From an uncultured bacterium (lineage in GTDB: Bacteria > Acidobacteriota > HRBIN11 > JAKEFK01): a DNA stretch of 64,000 nucleotides. Location: contig CAVZQN010000004.1 in NCBI GenBank assembly GCA_963777505.1, positions 576,001 through 640,000 on the forward strand. Reading direction: 5' to 3'. Under the pieces are notes generated by a model, which did no database searches, was not told the DNA's origin, and saw nothing but the letters and a program-made list of their open reading frames with translations. Below, piece by piece: positions 47,086-58,469 of the stretch (position 1 is its first letter; the number at the start of each line of letters is the position of its first letter). The translations under genes and the position numbers were made by a program.

Positions 47086-47817
47086 ATGAACAAACAGGTT
47101 AGCGCCGTCGAGAGATTCAAGCCATTGGGGTTCGCGAAATCTCTTCTGTACTTCGGTATTCCGATGATCCTGATGCGAGGGTTTTACTATTTCGTAATGC
47201 AATTGCTCGATCATATGGGATTCCGCCTTTTTTATACATTCATAATTGGATTTGGCGTTCCATCATTATTGATGCTCCTTTTTGCGTGGTTTTTCTGGTA
47301 CCGGGAAAAATCTGGCTCGTTTCGTGAAAGATTTCGATTGCAAAGATTGGATACCAACGGATTACTATGGACGGTTATTTTGAGTGTAACGTGGATCATT
47401 GCTCCGATCGTAATGCAACCAGCAACCGAATGGCTTCAAACAAATTGGTTTTCACCAGATAAACTCTGGATTCGAATGATGACGCGTGATCCAAACTATT
47501 TGATGGAAGTTCCAATTCAAGGAAATTTCTGGATTTATTTGGCGATGGCCGGGTTTATTTTGCTGAATGTTTTTGGCGGCGAACTCTTCTTTCGCGGTTA
47601 CATTTTCCCACGCCAGGAATTGGCATTTGGAAAAGAAACCTGGCTTTATCATGCACTTTTCTGGACCTTCTTTCGCTCTTTTCTTCCATGGGAACTGGCA
47701 CCTACAATTATGATTGCTCTTGCACACTCTTACGTTGTGCAACGCACACGAAACACATGGCCTGCCATTTTCGCTCATGCTGTTGGTTTGTCTTCAGCTT
47801 TCCTTCGCGCGACCTGA
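47086..47817 (+). CDS. CPBP/Abi-family membrane protein with degenerate catalytic motifs
   Basis: GELFFRGY (EExxxR expected), FWTFFR (FxxxH expected), RTRNTWPAIFAHAVGL (HxxxN expected). Confidence 0.78.
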   Translation: MNKQVSAVERFKPLGFAKSLLYFGIPMILMRGFYYFVMQLLDHMGFRLFYTFIIGFGVPSLLMLLFAWFFWYREKSGSFRERFRLQRLDTNGLLWTVILSVTWIIAPIVMQPATEWLQTNWFSPDKLWIRMMTRDPNYLMEVPIQGNFWIYLAMAGFILLNVFGGELFFRGYIFPRQELAFGKETWLYHALFWTFFRSFLPWELAPTIMIALAHSYVVQRTRNTWPAIFAHAVGLSSAFLRAT

Positions 47818-47923
47818 GTGAATTTGCGACGGGGTGCGATCTGACGGTTAGCGATAGATTCTCACTTGATCCGTAAACTCCTTTGAATTTAGACATATAT
47901 TATTCTCGAATACCGGAGAATCT

Positions 47924-49276
47924 TTGTTGAACTTCCGCATACTCTTATTGGTCTTTATTAGTGTTCTCATTTTTAACTCATCCATAGTAGGACAACAGCC
48001 CACTGATCCCAAGCTAGATCCGAAAACATTCGAATCATACCTGGGCACGTATCAACTGGATTCAGATGAACTGATCACAATCGGACGTACAGAACGGCGT
48101 CTTTATTATTTCGAACCTCAATCAGGACAAATCCGCGGGCTGCAACGTAAATCCGATACGGAATGGATAGCCGGACCCTCATTACTTATTTATGAACCAG
48201 CCGAATATGAAATTACTTTTATGAAAAATTCCGAAGGTTTGGTTCGAAGCTTGACTTATAACCCGCCCAATGGTGTTAAGAGTATTGCAAAAAAAGCTCA
48301 GTTTTATAAACAAGAGGAAGTAACCTTTAAAAACGCAGATGTAACCCTCGCGGGAACGATACTGATACCGTCAACTCCCGGGCCTCACCCTGCTATTGTG
48401 TTTCTCCATGGTTCAGGTCCACAAGATCGGAATGGTTATGCGTCATTGATTCGCATTGCAGCGGATCATTTTGCGCGAAACGGGATAATTACACTCATTT
48501 ACGACAAGCGTGGTTCGGGTTCCTCCACTGGCAATTGGGCCACGGCAAGCTTTGAGGATCTGGCGACCGATGCAATTGCGGGCCTGCATCTGCTTCAAAA
48601 ACACAAAGACGTTCGCTCAAATCAAATTGGATTTTGGGGGAGTAGCCAGGCTGGTTGGGTTATGGCAAAAGCAACTTCTCTTTCAAAAGATATTGCTTTC
48701 ATCATTTCCGTTTCTGCGGGTGGCAGCGGTTATACCGTTGCTCAACAAGAACTTTACAATGTGGAAACAGAAATGCGTGCAAATAATTTTTCGCAGACAG
48801 AAATTGAGGAAGTCTTAAATTCGCGAAAACTGCTTTTCGATTTTGTGCGTACAGGAAATCACGAGAAATACGATGCTGCTCTCAACAAAGCAAAGACAAA
48901 TGAAAAGATAAAAGATTGGCTTACTCCAATGTCTAATGAAATTGATCGAAAGAAGCGCGATCACTGGTTTCTTGCATTAGATATTGATTTCAATCCACTG
49001 CCGATGTGGGAGCAATATGATCGGCCAGTTTTAGCAATCTTTGGGGAGTTGGATACTTCTACACCCGTGAGCGAAGTCGTTCCAAGATTAGCAAAGGCAC
49101 TCGCTGTACGAAAGAATACGGACTTCACAATTAAAGTTTTTCCAAAAGCGCATCATTTGATTCTTGAAGCTAAAACAGGAAGTGACAGCGAACTGGAACA
49201 TTTGAAGCGATATTCCCCCGGATACTTTGATCTTATGTCAACCTGGATTCAAACAAGATTTTTGAATCGTGAGTGA
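47924..49276 (+). CDS. Exported alpha/beta hydrolase (S9/S15-like) with N-terminal accessory domain
   Basis: HGSGPQDR, YDKRGSG, GSSQAG nucleophile, GELD, AHH. Confidence 0.88.
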   Translation: MLNFRILLLVFISVLIFNSSIVGQQPTDPKLDPKTFESYLGTYQLDSDELITIGRTERRLYYFEPQSGQIRGLQRKSDTEWIAGPSLLIYEPAEYEITFMKNSEGLVRSLTYNPPNGVKSIAKKAQFYKQEEVTFKNADVTLAGTILIPSTPGPHPAIVFLHGSGPQDRNGYASLIRIAADHFARNGIITLIYDKRGSGSSTGNWATASFEDLATDAIAGLHLLQKHKDVRSNQIGFWGSSQAGWVMAKATSLSKDIAFIISVSAGGSGYTVAQQELYNVETEMRANNFSQTEIEEVLNSRKLLFDFVRTGNHEKYDAALNKAKTNEKIKDWLTPMSNEIDRKKRDHWFLALDIDFNPLPMWEQYDRPVLAIFGELDTSTPVSEVVPRLAKALAVRKNTDFTIKVFPKAHHLILEAKTGSDSELEHLKRYSPGYFDLMSTWIQTRFLNRE

Positions 49277-49422
49277 ATCGTTACAATTCCCAATCCCAAT
49301 CTAAAAATTAAGGACAACATGCATAGCCCAAACAGTTTCAATCTTGATTTGACACGAAGTCTTTTACCGTCGATCAAAGGGACGTAGGTGATATTTTCCG
49401 TGTTTGGGCGTTTAACATTCTA

Positions 49423-49887
49423 ATGAAGAGAACTATGAGAAACAGAAAGATTCTTGGCACAGTACTATTGTTCATATTTATGATGGAGGCATTTTCGGAG
49501 TCTCCAACAGAGAGAACCCCACAATCAATAACGCTTCGGCCAGAATTGCAGCGTGTGCTCACTGATTACGAAAACGCATGGCAAAAGAAGGATGCCAAGG
49601 CCCTTGCTGCCTTGTTTACGGAGGATGGATTTGTGCTTTCAAATGGTACTCCACCGGTCCGAGGTCGGGCTCAAATCGAGAAACACTACTCGGGTGCCGG
49701 CGGTCCGCTCGCTTTGCGTGCTTTTGCGTTTGGGACGGAAGGATCGCTCGGTTACATTATCGGAGGATTCGCCCGGCAAGTAGGCGAACCAGATAGAGGA
49801 AAATTTACACTCACGTTGCGGAAAGGACCAGATGATCGTTGGTTCATCATTTCTGATATGGATAACGACAACACGAAGCGTGACTAG
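49423..49887 (+). CDS. NTF2-like (DUF4440/SnoaL) protein
   Basis: YENAWQKKDAKALAALFTEDG...PPVRGRAQI...W.IISDMDN. Confidence 0.8.
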   Translation: MKRTMRNRKILGTVLLFIFMMEAFSESPTERTPQSITLRPELQRVLTDYENAWQKKDAKALAALFTEDGFVLSNGTPPVRGRAQIEKHYSGAGGPLALRAFAFGTEGSLGYIIGGFARQVGEPDRGKFTLTLRKGPDDRWFIISDMDNDNTKRD

Positions 49888-49917
49888 GCATCTAAGATTG
49901 CAAACCAAAGCTAACTA

Positions 49918-51015
49918 TTAATCAACCAGATAATCTTGTGCAGCAATCCATCCGCGCTCGATCGCATGCTGTGCGGCTACCGTCGTGTCATTGGCAAGAA
50001 CGAGAGTACTTCCAGCTTCTCCGACTTTTTGTGCAAGTTTGCGAATTGCTTCTGAACGGGCGGGAGCCCTGCTAACATCACGAATATAGACAGCCAGAAT
50101 TCGTCCCGGATATAGTTCCACAATTTCGCTGTAAATTTCAGGATCCTCTTGTCCGCTATCACCGATTAAAATAAAAGGTAAATCCGTAATCATATCCATG
50201 ATGTGCCGGATCGTTGTAAGTTTGTGTGTTCGATGATCCATTGGGAGCACTTCATTTTCTGAAACGCCCCAATCCCTGAGGAAGAGTGGCCCTTCGGGAA
50301 TTCCTTGAATCGTAAAAAAGTCCATGAGAAGGTCATATAAATTCCACGGGCTGCTGGAAACATAAAACAACGGATTATTAATTTCACCACCGCCGCGCTG
50401 CAATGCACGATAAAACGATGCGACTCCCTTAAACGGTAACCGCGTGTGTGCGCTTCCAAACAAAATTGTTCGCACCATTCGCATCATGCTGGCGGCATCT
50501 GTTTGAATGACAGTGTCATCCATATCGCTGATCACGCTGAACATCGCTTTGGGCGGCGGAATTAGAACGAAACCTCGTTCCGTTGCTTGCGGGTTGCCAA
50601 ATTCAGGAGCTTCAACAAGTTCAAAATGAACTTCGTGCCAGAGTCGATCAGCAGGTAGCGACTCGATCAGTTTTATGCTTTCTTCGAAAAAACCTTCTTG
50701 ATCCGTTGTAAGCATCATCGAAGTTTCGCGAATTCGTGCTCTCAGTTTTGCATGCGGCACTTCATCGCTGTTAAATCTCTTGAATGTGTTTACAAGATTC
50801 TTCCAGCGTCCATCTGTTTCATCGGTACGAATCCCTTTGTCGATTAAAACTCTGCCTTTCAGATGCACAAATTCTTTAGAACCATAACCTCGATATGCAA
50901 TGATCTTAACGGGGTTGGTTTTTCGTAGGGCTTTGCCAAGGCGGCTTTTGACTGCGTCAAAGTAACCTTCTACATAATTCGCAGCCCTCGCAATTCGGCG
51001 ATGCCAGCCAGGCAT
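49918..51015 (-). CDS. App1/DUF2183-family phosphatidate phosphatase-like protein
   Basis: ISDMDDTV (DxDDT), YVSSSPWNLY, LIGDSGQEDPEIY. Confidence 0.9.
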   Translation of the reverse strand: MPGWHRRIARAANYVEGYFDAVKSRLGKALRKTNPVKIIAYRGYGSKEFVHLKGRVLIDKGIRTDETDGRWKNLVNTFKRFNSDEVPHAKLRARIRETSMMLTTDQEGFFEESIKLIESLPADRLWHEVHFELVEAPEFGNPQATERGFVLIPPPKAMFSVISDMDDTVIQTDAASMMRMVRTILFGSAHTRLPFKGVASFYRALQRGGGEINNPLFYVSSSPWNLYDLLMDFFTIQGIPEGPLFLRDWGVSENEVLPMDHRTHKLTTIRHIMDMITDLPFILIGDSGQEDPEIYSEIVELYPGRILAVYIRDVSRAPARSEAIRKLAQKVGEAGSTLVLANDTTVAAQHAIERGWIAAQDYLVD

Positions 51016-51068
51016 TGATTGCCCTCCTAAAAAGATTCTTTCTACGCGTAGTAAAAATAAGAACTTAA

Positions 51069-52595
51069 TTACAATGCTGACTTTAAGAATGTGGTGAGAT
51101 GTTCTTTTAGTGCAACCAATGAAGGTTTGTGAATATACATCATATGGCCCGCTTCATAAAAAGACATTGACACATTGTTTTGAAGATCAGGCTCCAGGCC
51201 TAGATGATCAAACGTATACATGGTAGCGAAGTATGGGGTTGCTAAGTCGTAGTAGCCGTTCGCTACATGAACTTTTAATGATGGATTTTTGTTCATAGCC
51301 TGACGAAGAAATTCTGCAACATTTAAATAGCGATTTTGTGAATCTTTGTAACTCCAGGGACGCACTCGGTCAGTTAAGATTTCATACGGTAATTCGCTTT
51401 CATATTTCAAATCTTTGCGGACATAGTCGTTGAGAGTCGCTGTATAGGGTCCTGAAATTGCAGTGAGACTTGGATCGAATTCGAATTCCTCACCGGAAGC
51501 ATCGCGATCGATTCCTATAAAGCGGCTATCCAGACGTCCTACTGTTCTTTTTTGAGATCGAAGCAGCTCTTTTACAAAGCGGAAGATAGGGATCCGAAGA
51601 TTCGTTCGTTCAATATAGTCTCTGGATAATCCTGTGTATCGCGCAAGACGTTCAGCAATGTTTCGATGTTCTTCTTTTGTTAAATTCTTACCCTTCATCA
51701 GTGCGAGCGTGTAATCTTTCAAAGCAAATGCTTCAACTTCGCTCAGTGTCTTTCTTAAGTCTCCCTGCAAATCGGAAGGTAACTTTTTGTGATACCACGC
51801 GGTAGCGGTATAAGTGGGAAGAAAAACGATGTAAGGCAGATCGTTACCCACATCAAAGCGTGCTGTTTGCATTTGAAGAATAGAAGAAACAAGCATTACT
51901 CCATTGAAGTACATGCCGTTGCGGTCTTGAAGATAATTGACAAGGTTAGCCGCGCGCGTTGTGCCGTAACTTTCCCCGATTAAAAATTTTGGTGAGGACC
52001 ATCGTTTGAAACGCGTTACATAAAGACGGATGAATTCGCCAACAGATTCAACATCTTCCTGCACACCATGAAATTGTTTTGGATCTTCGCCTGGAACCGG
52101 CCGGCTGTATCCGGTTGAAATCGGGTCAATAAATACAAGGTCCGTTAAATCGAGTAAAGAATATTCATTGTCTACAAGTTTGTATGGAGGCGGTAATGCT
52201 TTTCCATCATCATCCATCAGCACCCGTTTTGGTCCAAGGGTGCCTAGATGAAGCCAGACGGAAGATGACCCGGGTCCGCCATTAAATGAAAATGTGATTG
52301 CGCGTTTTGTTGTATCAGTAATCCCTTCTCGTGCGTACGCGATGAAAAAGAAATTTGCTTTTGGTCTGCCATCTTCATTCTTTAATAAAATATTCCCCGC
52401 AGTCGCTGTATAAGTGACAGCTATGCCGCCAATTGAGACGGTGTGTTTTGTCTGCGAAAGAATTTCCTTTGGAAATTCTGTTTTGAACTCCGGTTCTTCG
52501 GTTTTTTTGTCTTGGGCAATTCCAAGCGTGAAAAGTCCAAAAAATAAAACCACAACAACGCAGATGTGTTTAACCATAATGAGAAAACTTACCAC
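51069..52595 (-). CDS. S10 serine carboxypeptidase
   Basis: FNGGPGSSS, GESYG, GYYDLATP, AGHMMY; start codon uncertain (52577 possible). Confidence 0.93.
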   Translation of the reverse strand: MVSFLIMVKHICVVVVLFFGLFTLGIAQDKKTEEPEFKTEFPKEILSQTKHTVSIGGIAVTYTATAGNILLKNEDGRPKANFFFIAYAREGITDTTKRAITFSFNGGPGSSSVWLHLGTLGPKRVLMDDDGKALPPPYKLVDNEYSLLDLTDLVFIDPISTGYSRPVPGEDPKQFHGVQEDVESVGEFIRLYVTRFKRWSSPKFLIGESYGTTRAANLVNYLQDRNGMYFNGVMLVSSILQMQTARFDVGNDLPYIVFLPTYTATAWYHKKLPSDLQGDLRKTLSEVEAFALKDYTLALMKGKNLTKEEHRNIAERLARYTGLSRDYIERTNLRIPIFRFVKELLRSQKRTVGRLDSRFIGIDRDASGEEFEFDPSLTAISGPYTATLNDYVRKDLKYESELPYEILTDRVRPWSYKDSQNRYLNVAEFLRQAMNKNPSLKVHVANGYYDLATPYFATMYTFDHLGLEPDLQNNVSMSFYEAGHMMYIHKPSLVALKEHLTTFLKSAL

Positions 52596-52682
52596 AATGC
52601 TTTACTCGATCAAACCTCTCACCTGTTTGACTTGGCCTGGTTTTGGAACCACAATGAGTTCCAGTCAGGTTCCCTTTAAGAC

Positions 52683-55600
52683 ATGATCGGCTCTACGATC
52701 TCCCATTACACCATTCAGAATGTTCTTGGGAAAGGGGGCATGGGAGTCGTATACCGCGCGATCGATACGCGTTTACAACGCCAGGTATGCATTAAGGTTT
52801 TGCCCGCAGAATACGTATCTGATCCCCGGCGTAAAAGACGTCTTGAAGCTGAAGCGCGAGCGGCTTCAAATCTCAGCCATCCCAATATTTGCACAATCCA
52901 TGAAATTGATGAACAGGATGGAATGCTGTTCGTTGTAATGGAGTACATCAAAGGTCAAACTCTGCGCGAAAAATTAGCTAATGGTCCGATTCCATATCAG
53001 GAGGCCTTTGGATATGCAGCTCAAATTGCAGATGCATTGGATAAAGCACACCGGAACAATATTTTGCATCGCGATGTGAAGCCTTCCAACGTCATTGTCA
53101 CAGAAGATGGTCTGATAAAGGTTCTTGATTTCGGACTGGCGCGACAGATTGATGAGCCCACATCGGAACAGTGGAGCGATGCGGAAACTCGTGAAAAAAG
53201 CATAACCCGATCCGGTGAAGTGCCTGGAACAATTTCTTATATGTCTCCCGAACAATTACGCGCAGAAAAGTTAGACGGTCGCAGTGATCAGTTTTCGTTG
53301 GGAATTCTAACTTATGAAATGCTTAATGGTCGTGCTCCGTTCAAAGGAAAAAATCCACTTGAAATTGCATCAGGAATATTAAAAGAAGAACCACCACCAC
53401 TTCAGACACAACCAGCAATCCCACTTGCTTTTGAACGTCTGCTTCAACGAATGCTGCGTAAAGATCCGCAGGAGCGTTATCCTGCAATGTCGGATGTTAA
53501 AAGCGAGATCAAACATCTTCTGGGTGAGTCTTCAACACGTGTCAGGCCCGCCCCGCATTTTCCAGATATTAGTTCAAGAAGTGTGATCACAGCTTTTGTT
53601 CTCCTGATTCTTCTGGTTGCCGGATTTGGAGCGATTCAATATTTCAGTAACCGTAGTAAAGGCCAAACTTCTGCGTATGCGACATCAAATACAGTTGTCA
53701 TTCTGCCTTTCAAGAATAAGACCGGGCAACGTGAAATGGATAACCTTCGTTTGCCTCTAACTCAAAATGTAATCGGAGATCTCACACCGAACCGTGATGT
53801 GCGTGTTTTTCCTTATGACAGGCTTTATCAAATGAATGATGTTATCTCCGGAATTGATAAAGATGTTTATGACAGAAAAGTACTGCAAAAAGTTAGTTCA
53901 ATCAGCCAATGTAAATTACTCGTTCAGCCGATCCTTTTTCAATTTGGTGATGTAGTCAGAATTTTAGTGGAGTTTAAAGATCCTGAAACCGGAGACACGA
54001 TTAGTACGACACCGATTGAACGAGAGTTAAAAAGCGAAGAAATACAACGGGATCAGTTACTTTTTGAAATGCTTCCACAGATGAGTTCAGCCATTTTGGA
54101 AAAAATGGGAGTCAAAACGCAACTTGCACCGTCCTTATCGTCTTCGTCGGGAACGGCAAACAGCGAGGCGCTGGTTTTATTCAACGAGGGTTTGAATCAT
54201 TTTTATCAAGGAAAAAATTTATCTGCGATTAGCTTTTTTGAACGAGCTATACAAAACGATTCAAAAATGGCTCTTGCACACGCATATCTCGCGCTGGCTT
54301 ATAAAAATCTTGGATTTGATCCGAAAGCTGAAGAGCAAGCGAAACTTGCTTTGGGATTAATCAGTTCCGGAACTTCTGCAATTGATTCTCTTTTCATACA
54401 GGCAACGCATTCGGAAATCTCTTATGACTATCCGAATGCGATTCGACTTGTCCAAGAAATGATTCGAGCGTATGGAGATAGACCAGAGTATTACTACAGA
54501 CTCGGGCAGATTCATGAAACAAATTTTTCATACGATGAAGCCGTTAGAGCGTACAAAAGGTCAGTTGAATTGGATATAAATTTTGCTCCGGCTTCATTGC
54601 AGCTTGGGGGCTTATTTGTACGGCTTGGGAAACCAAAAGAAGCAATGTCATCTTTTCAGGAGGCATCACGCGCGTATTCTCAAATCGGAAACAGTGAAGG
54701 CAAAGCACGTGTCCTATCTGCAATTGGATACGCATATCTGGCGATTATGATTTTGTCTAATTCACGTACTTATTTTCAGCAGGCGCTGGAATTGGATGAA
54801 GCCATCGCAAATAATTCCGGAATTGCGATGGATCTTCAAGAATCGGCGACGAATTTGTTAAGTAAGGGAGAATTTACGAAGTCCCGTCGTACTTCGATAA
54901 AGCTTTAGCGACCTTTCTCAAGAACGGCGACAAACTATCCGTTGGTAAAGCGTACAACAAAATTGGAGATGTACTGCTTCAAAAAGGTCAGCCTCAGGAT
55001 GCCGCTTCATATTACAAAAAAGGTTTGGGCATCAGTGAAGAGATTCAAAGTAAAGAACTGCTGGCAGAGTGTTATGAACGCTTAGGGCAAATTTACGGTC
55101 ATTTTATGGACCTGGAACTAGCAGAGAAATATTCAAACCTAGCCCTCGAACAATACAAGAAAACTGGATTTAAACAGAAGATCGTTTACAGCTATATGAG
55201 TCTTGGTGATGCAAATATGTATCGCGGCAATTATGAGGCAGCCGCCAAGCAATATGAGGAAGCGACTTAATGTCAGTATGGCATTGCAGGATCGGGGATT
55301 GATTGCAGATAGCGTACGGACTACAAGGAAACCTTTATTACATTCAAGGGCATTACGGCCAGGCTTTGAAGTACCGGCAACAACAGTTGAGCGCATTTGA
55401 AAAGATGCAAGAAAAAGCTTCAGTCGCATATACAAATTTTAACCTGGGTCATATTTATGCGGGGATGGGTGCACTGGATGAAGCCTTAAAAAGTTATGAT
55501 GCCGCTCTTCAGTATTTTCAAAACGAAAATGAAAAGCTAAAGGCTGATTGCCTTCTGCATCTTGGAAAAACATATTTGCTCCGTGCGAAAGCTGGAGATG

Positions 55601-56100
55601 GTGAACTTGCCAAAAAGAACTTGGACGCTGCGTTGAGGCTTTCGTCATCTTCAAACTTCCATCAGATCAGAATTCTGACAACGGGATATTTGTTAAGGTT
55701 GGAGGCGATGCAAGGCAAATTACTGATGAAAGATCAAGCCTTCCAGACCTTCCTCCGCGAAGCCGATTCGGATCAGATTGTCGTCGATACGAAAAAAGCA
55801 GAAGCTCATATAATTGCAGCTAAAATTGCGAACTTTATTAAACAGCCAGATCGTGCTCTAATAGATGCAAAGATCGTAGAGCGGATCTCTCAATCAAAAG
55901 GATTCAAGGCTGATCTTCTGAAAGCACATTGTTTGATGGCGCGAGCATATTACGATAAGAAACAGCCTGCTGAAGGGAAAGCTGAATTGCTTGCCGCGCA
56001 ATCTGTAGCCGCTCAAATACGATCTGAATTACCTCAACTTTACATGGCTTCGTTTTCGGTTCATCCGGACTATGAACCGGAATGTCTCGCTTCAAAATAA
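52683..56100 (+). pseudogene. Ser/Thr kinase-TM-TolB_N-like-TPR protein split by about three frameshifts (pseudogene or sequencing error)
   Basis: Intact kinase (HRDVKPSN, DFGLAR, GTISYMSPE). TPR repeats continue in other frames after ~54885 (YFDKALATF...), ~55265 (LNVSMALQDRGLIAD) and ~55311 (AYGLQGNLYY...) to the stop at 56100. Confidence 0.8.
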
Positions 56101-56124
56101 GGTCCATTTCAACTTGGAGGGATT

Positions 56125-56481
56125 ATGAAGAGAATGACTATCTGGCTTTTGCTTGTTTTCACGTCTGCCACAATTGGTTTTGGAATAGCAGCCCAATCAG
56201 ATCGGCCACGAATTGTCCTTAATAATCACTTGGTGGCTGCGCTTTTAATGCAGGGTCCAACAACTGATCCGTTAGCAGGAGTTTGCGGAAATTCAGACAA
56301 GTGGAAAGAACTGAAATGTAGATTTGATGAATACAAAAAAAAGAGCGACACAATATTCACTGAAAAATGGAAAATTCATTCCAGCGATAACACTGGGATT
56401 CCTGTTAGAGTTCACTACAACATTTTGACTTCCGAGGCAACAATCATATGCAAAAAGGATAACTGTCTTCAGTCAAGATAA
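56125..56481 (+). CDS. Small exported Cys-containing protein, paralogue 1
   Basis: GGAGG RBS, signal peptide, four Cys. Confidence 0.7.
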   Translation: MKRMTIWLLLVFTSATIGFGIAAQSDRPRIVLNNHLVAALLMQGPTTDPLAGVCGNSDKWKELKCRFDEYKKKSDTIFTEKWKIHSSDNTGIPVRVHYNILTSEATIICKKDNCLQSR

Positions 56482-56506
56482 TGATTAATTGTAAGAGGAG
56501 TTAGTT

Positions 56507-56852
56507 ATGAAATGGTCAACTAGAATTGGAATTTTTGCTGTCGTAATTGCTGGATTTACCGGATATGGCTTGGGTTCAGATCATAATAGACCCCGTGTTA
56601 AAGGGAATCGCTACATTGTGCACCGGATTCTTAAGGAGCCGCAAGATACGCTTGAATACTAGGAGAACGGATAATTGGACGACCGTAGAGGATCAATATA
56701 AAAAGGCTGAGAAAAATGACTTTGTTAAAGCCGAGAAATGGAATGGCTGGAAAACAAACACTGAAGTTAAGGTTATCTACGACACGGACAATGCTGAAAT
56801 TCATCTCGTATGCATTAAAGACTGCGCCATTGACACGGATGATAATGAATAA
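56507..56852 (+). pseudogene. Small exported protein, paralogue 2, with a frameshift near 56660
   Basis: GAGGAG RBS then MKWSTRIGIFAVVIAGFTGYGLGSDHNRPRV...EY-stop; the +1 frame continues TDNW...EKW...VKVIYD...VCIKDC and aligns with paralogue 1. Confidence 0.65.
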
Positions 56853-56877
56853 GAGAAATCTGCTATCGTTATAGTAG

Positions 56878-58443
56878 ATGATCCTTGAGAGTCAGATTTC
56901 TGCGCAGAGTTCGGAATTTCAGAGAAACTATCAGCATCATTTGAAACTGGCTGAAGAACTGCAGTCGTTACTTGCCGAAATTCGGAAAGGTGGATCCGAG
57001 GAAGCACGTAAGAAACACGAAGAGCGTGGAAAGCTTTTCGTTCGTGATCGGATCCGATTGCTGCTCGATCCTGACAAGCCGTTTCTGGAATTATCTGCTC
57101 TTGCTGCTCATAAGGTTTACGAAGCTGAAGTTCCTGCCGCTGGTATTGTGACAGGAATTGGTTGGATACATGGTCAGCCTGTGATGGTGATTGCAAACGA
57201 TGCAACGGTTAAAGGCGGCACGTACTATCCATTGACCGTTAAAAAACACATTCGCGGTCAGGAAATTGCGCGGGAAAATCATCTTCCTTGTGTCTATCTT
57301 GTAGATTCCGGCGGCGCATTTCTTCCACTTCAAGCCGATGTGTTTCCCGATAAAGAGCATTTCGGACGCATCTTCTTTAACGAAGCGAATCTTTCAGCCG
57401 CAGGAATTCCGCAAATTGCAGTTGTGCTGGGAAGTTCTACTGCGGGCGGAGCCTATGTTCCGGCCATGTCTGAAGAAGCGATCATGGTTAGAAATCAAGC
57501 GACGATTTTTCTGGGTGGTCCTCCGCTTGTGAAGGCTGCAACGGGTGAGGATGTTACTGCAGAGGAATTGGGTGGCGCGGATTTGCACAGCAGAAAATCG
57601 GGTGTCTCGGATCATTATGCTGAAAATGATGCACATGCTCTGGAGATTGCACGAACTACTTTGCAATTCCATCGTCATCATTTGAGTGATCAGCGATGGA
57701 TGGTTCGAACGCGCAGTGAACCTCCAAAGTATCCAGCCGACGAAATTCTAGGCGTGATTCCCACGGATTTGCGTCAACCATTTGATATGCGTGAGTTGAT
57801 CGTTCGCATTATCGATGGCGGGGCGTTCCATGAATTTAAGAAATTATATGCAACAACTCTTGTTTGCGGGATGGCGCATATTGGGGGATTTCCTATCGGT
57901 ATTCTTGCGAACAACGGCGTGTTATTTAGCGATACTGCTTTGAAAGCGACACATTTTATTGAGCTTTGCGATCAGCGCAAAATTCCGCTCCTGTTTTTGC
58001 AAAACATAACTGGATTTATGGTTGGAAAAGATGCTGAAGCTGGTGGAATCGCAAAAGATGGCGCGAAACTTGTAACTGCTGTGGCCACATGCAGCGTTCC
58101 CAAAATCACAATTATTGTTGGAGGCTCCTTTGGCGCCGGTAATTATGGAATGTGCGGACGGGCCTATGAGCCGCGATTTTTATATATGTATCCAAATGCG
58201 CGGATTTCTGTGATGGGGGGAGATCAAGCCGCTCACGTTTTAGCGAGTGTTGGAAAAACAAATCCAGATGAGATTAAAGAAAAGTATGAAAAAGAAGGTC
58301 ATCCATATTATAGCTCCGCACGTTTATGGGATGATGGTGTCATCGATCCGCGAGATACACGATCGATTTTGATTCAGAACCTGGAAGTAATCTCACGAGG
58401 ACCTGAACCTAAAGAGACAAGATTCGGTTTATTCCGCATGTAG
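56878..58443 (+). CDS. liuB: 3-methylcrotonyl-CoA carboxylase beta subunit
   Basis: [63 protein letters not shown]. Confidence 0.95.
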   Translation: MILESQISAQSSEFQRNYQHHLKLAEELQSLLAEIRKGGSEEARKKHEERGKLFVRDRIRLLLDPDKPFLELSALAAHKVYEAEVPAAGIVTGIGWIHGQPVMVIANDATVKGGTYYPLTVKKHIRGQEIARENHLPCVYLVDSGGAFLPLQADVFPDKEHFGRIFFNEANLSAAGIPQIAVVLGSSTAGGAYVPAMSEEAIMVRNQATIFLGGPPLVKAATGEDVTAEELGGADLHSRKSGVSDHYAENDAHALEIARTTLQFHRHHLSDQRWMVRTRSEPPKYPADEILGVIPTDLRQPFDMRELIVRIIDGGAFHEFKKLYATTLVCGMAHIGGFPIGILANNGVLFSDTALKATHFIELCDQRKIPLLFLQNITGFMVGKDAEAGGIAKDGAKLVTAVATCSVPKITIIVGGSFGAGNYGMCGRAYEPRFLYMYPNARISVMGGDQAAHVLASVGKTNPDEIKEKYEKEGHPYYSSARLWDDGVIDPRDTRSILIQNLEVISRGPEPKETRFGLFRM

Positions 58444-58469
58444 GATTCTTTCACCGCAAAGACGCCAAG

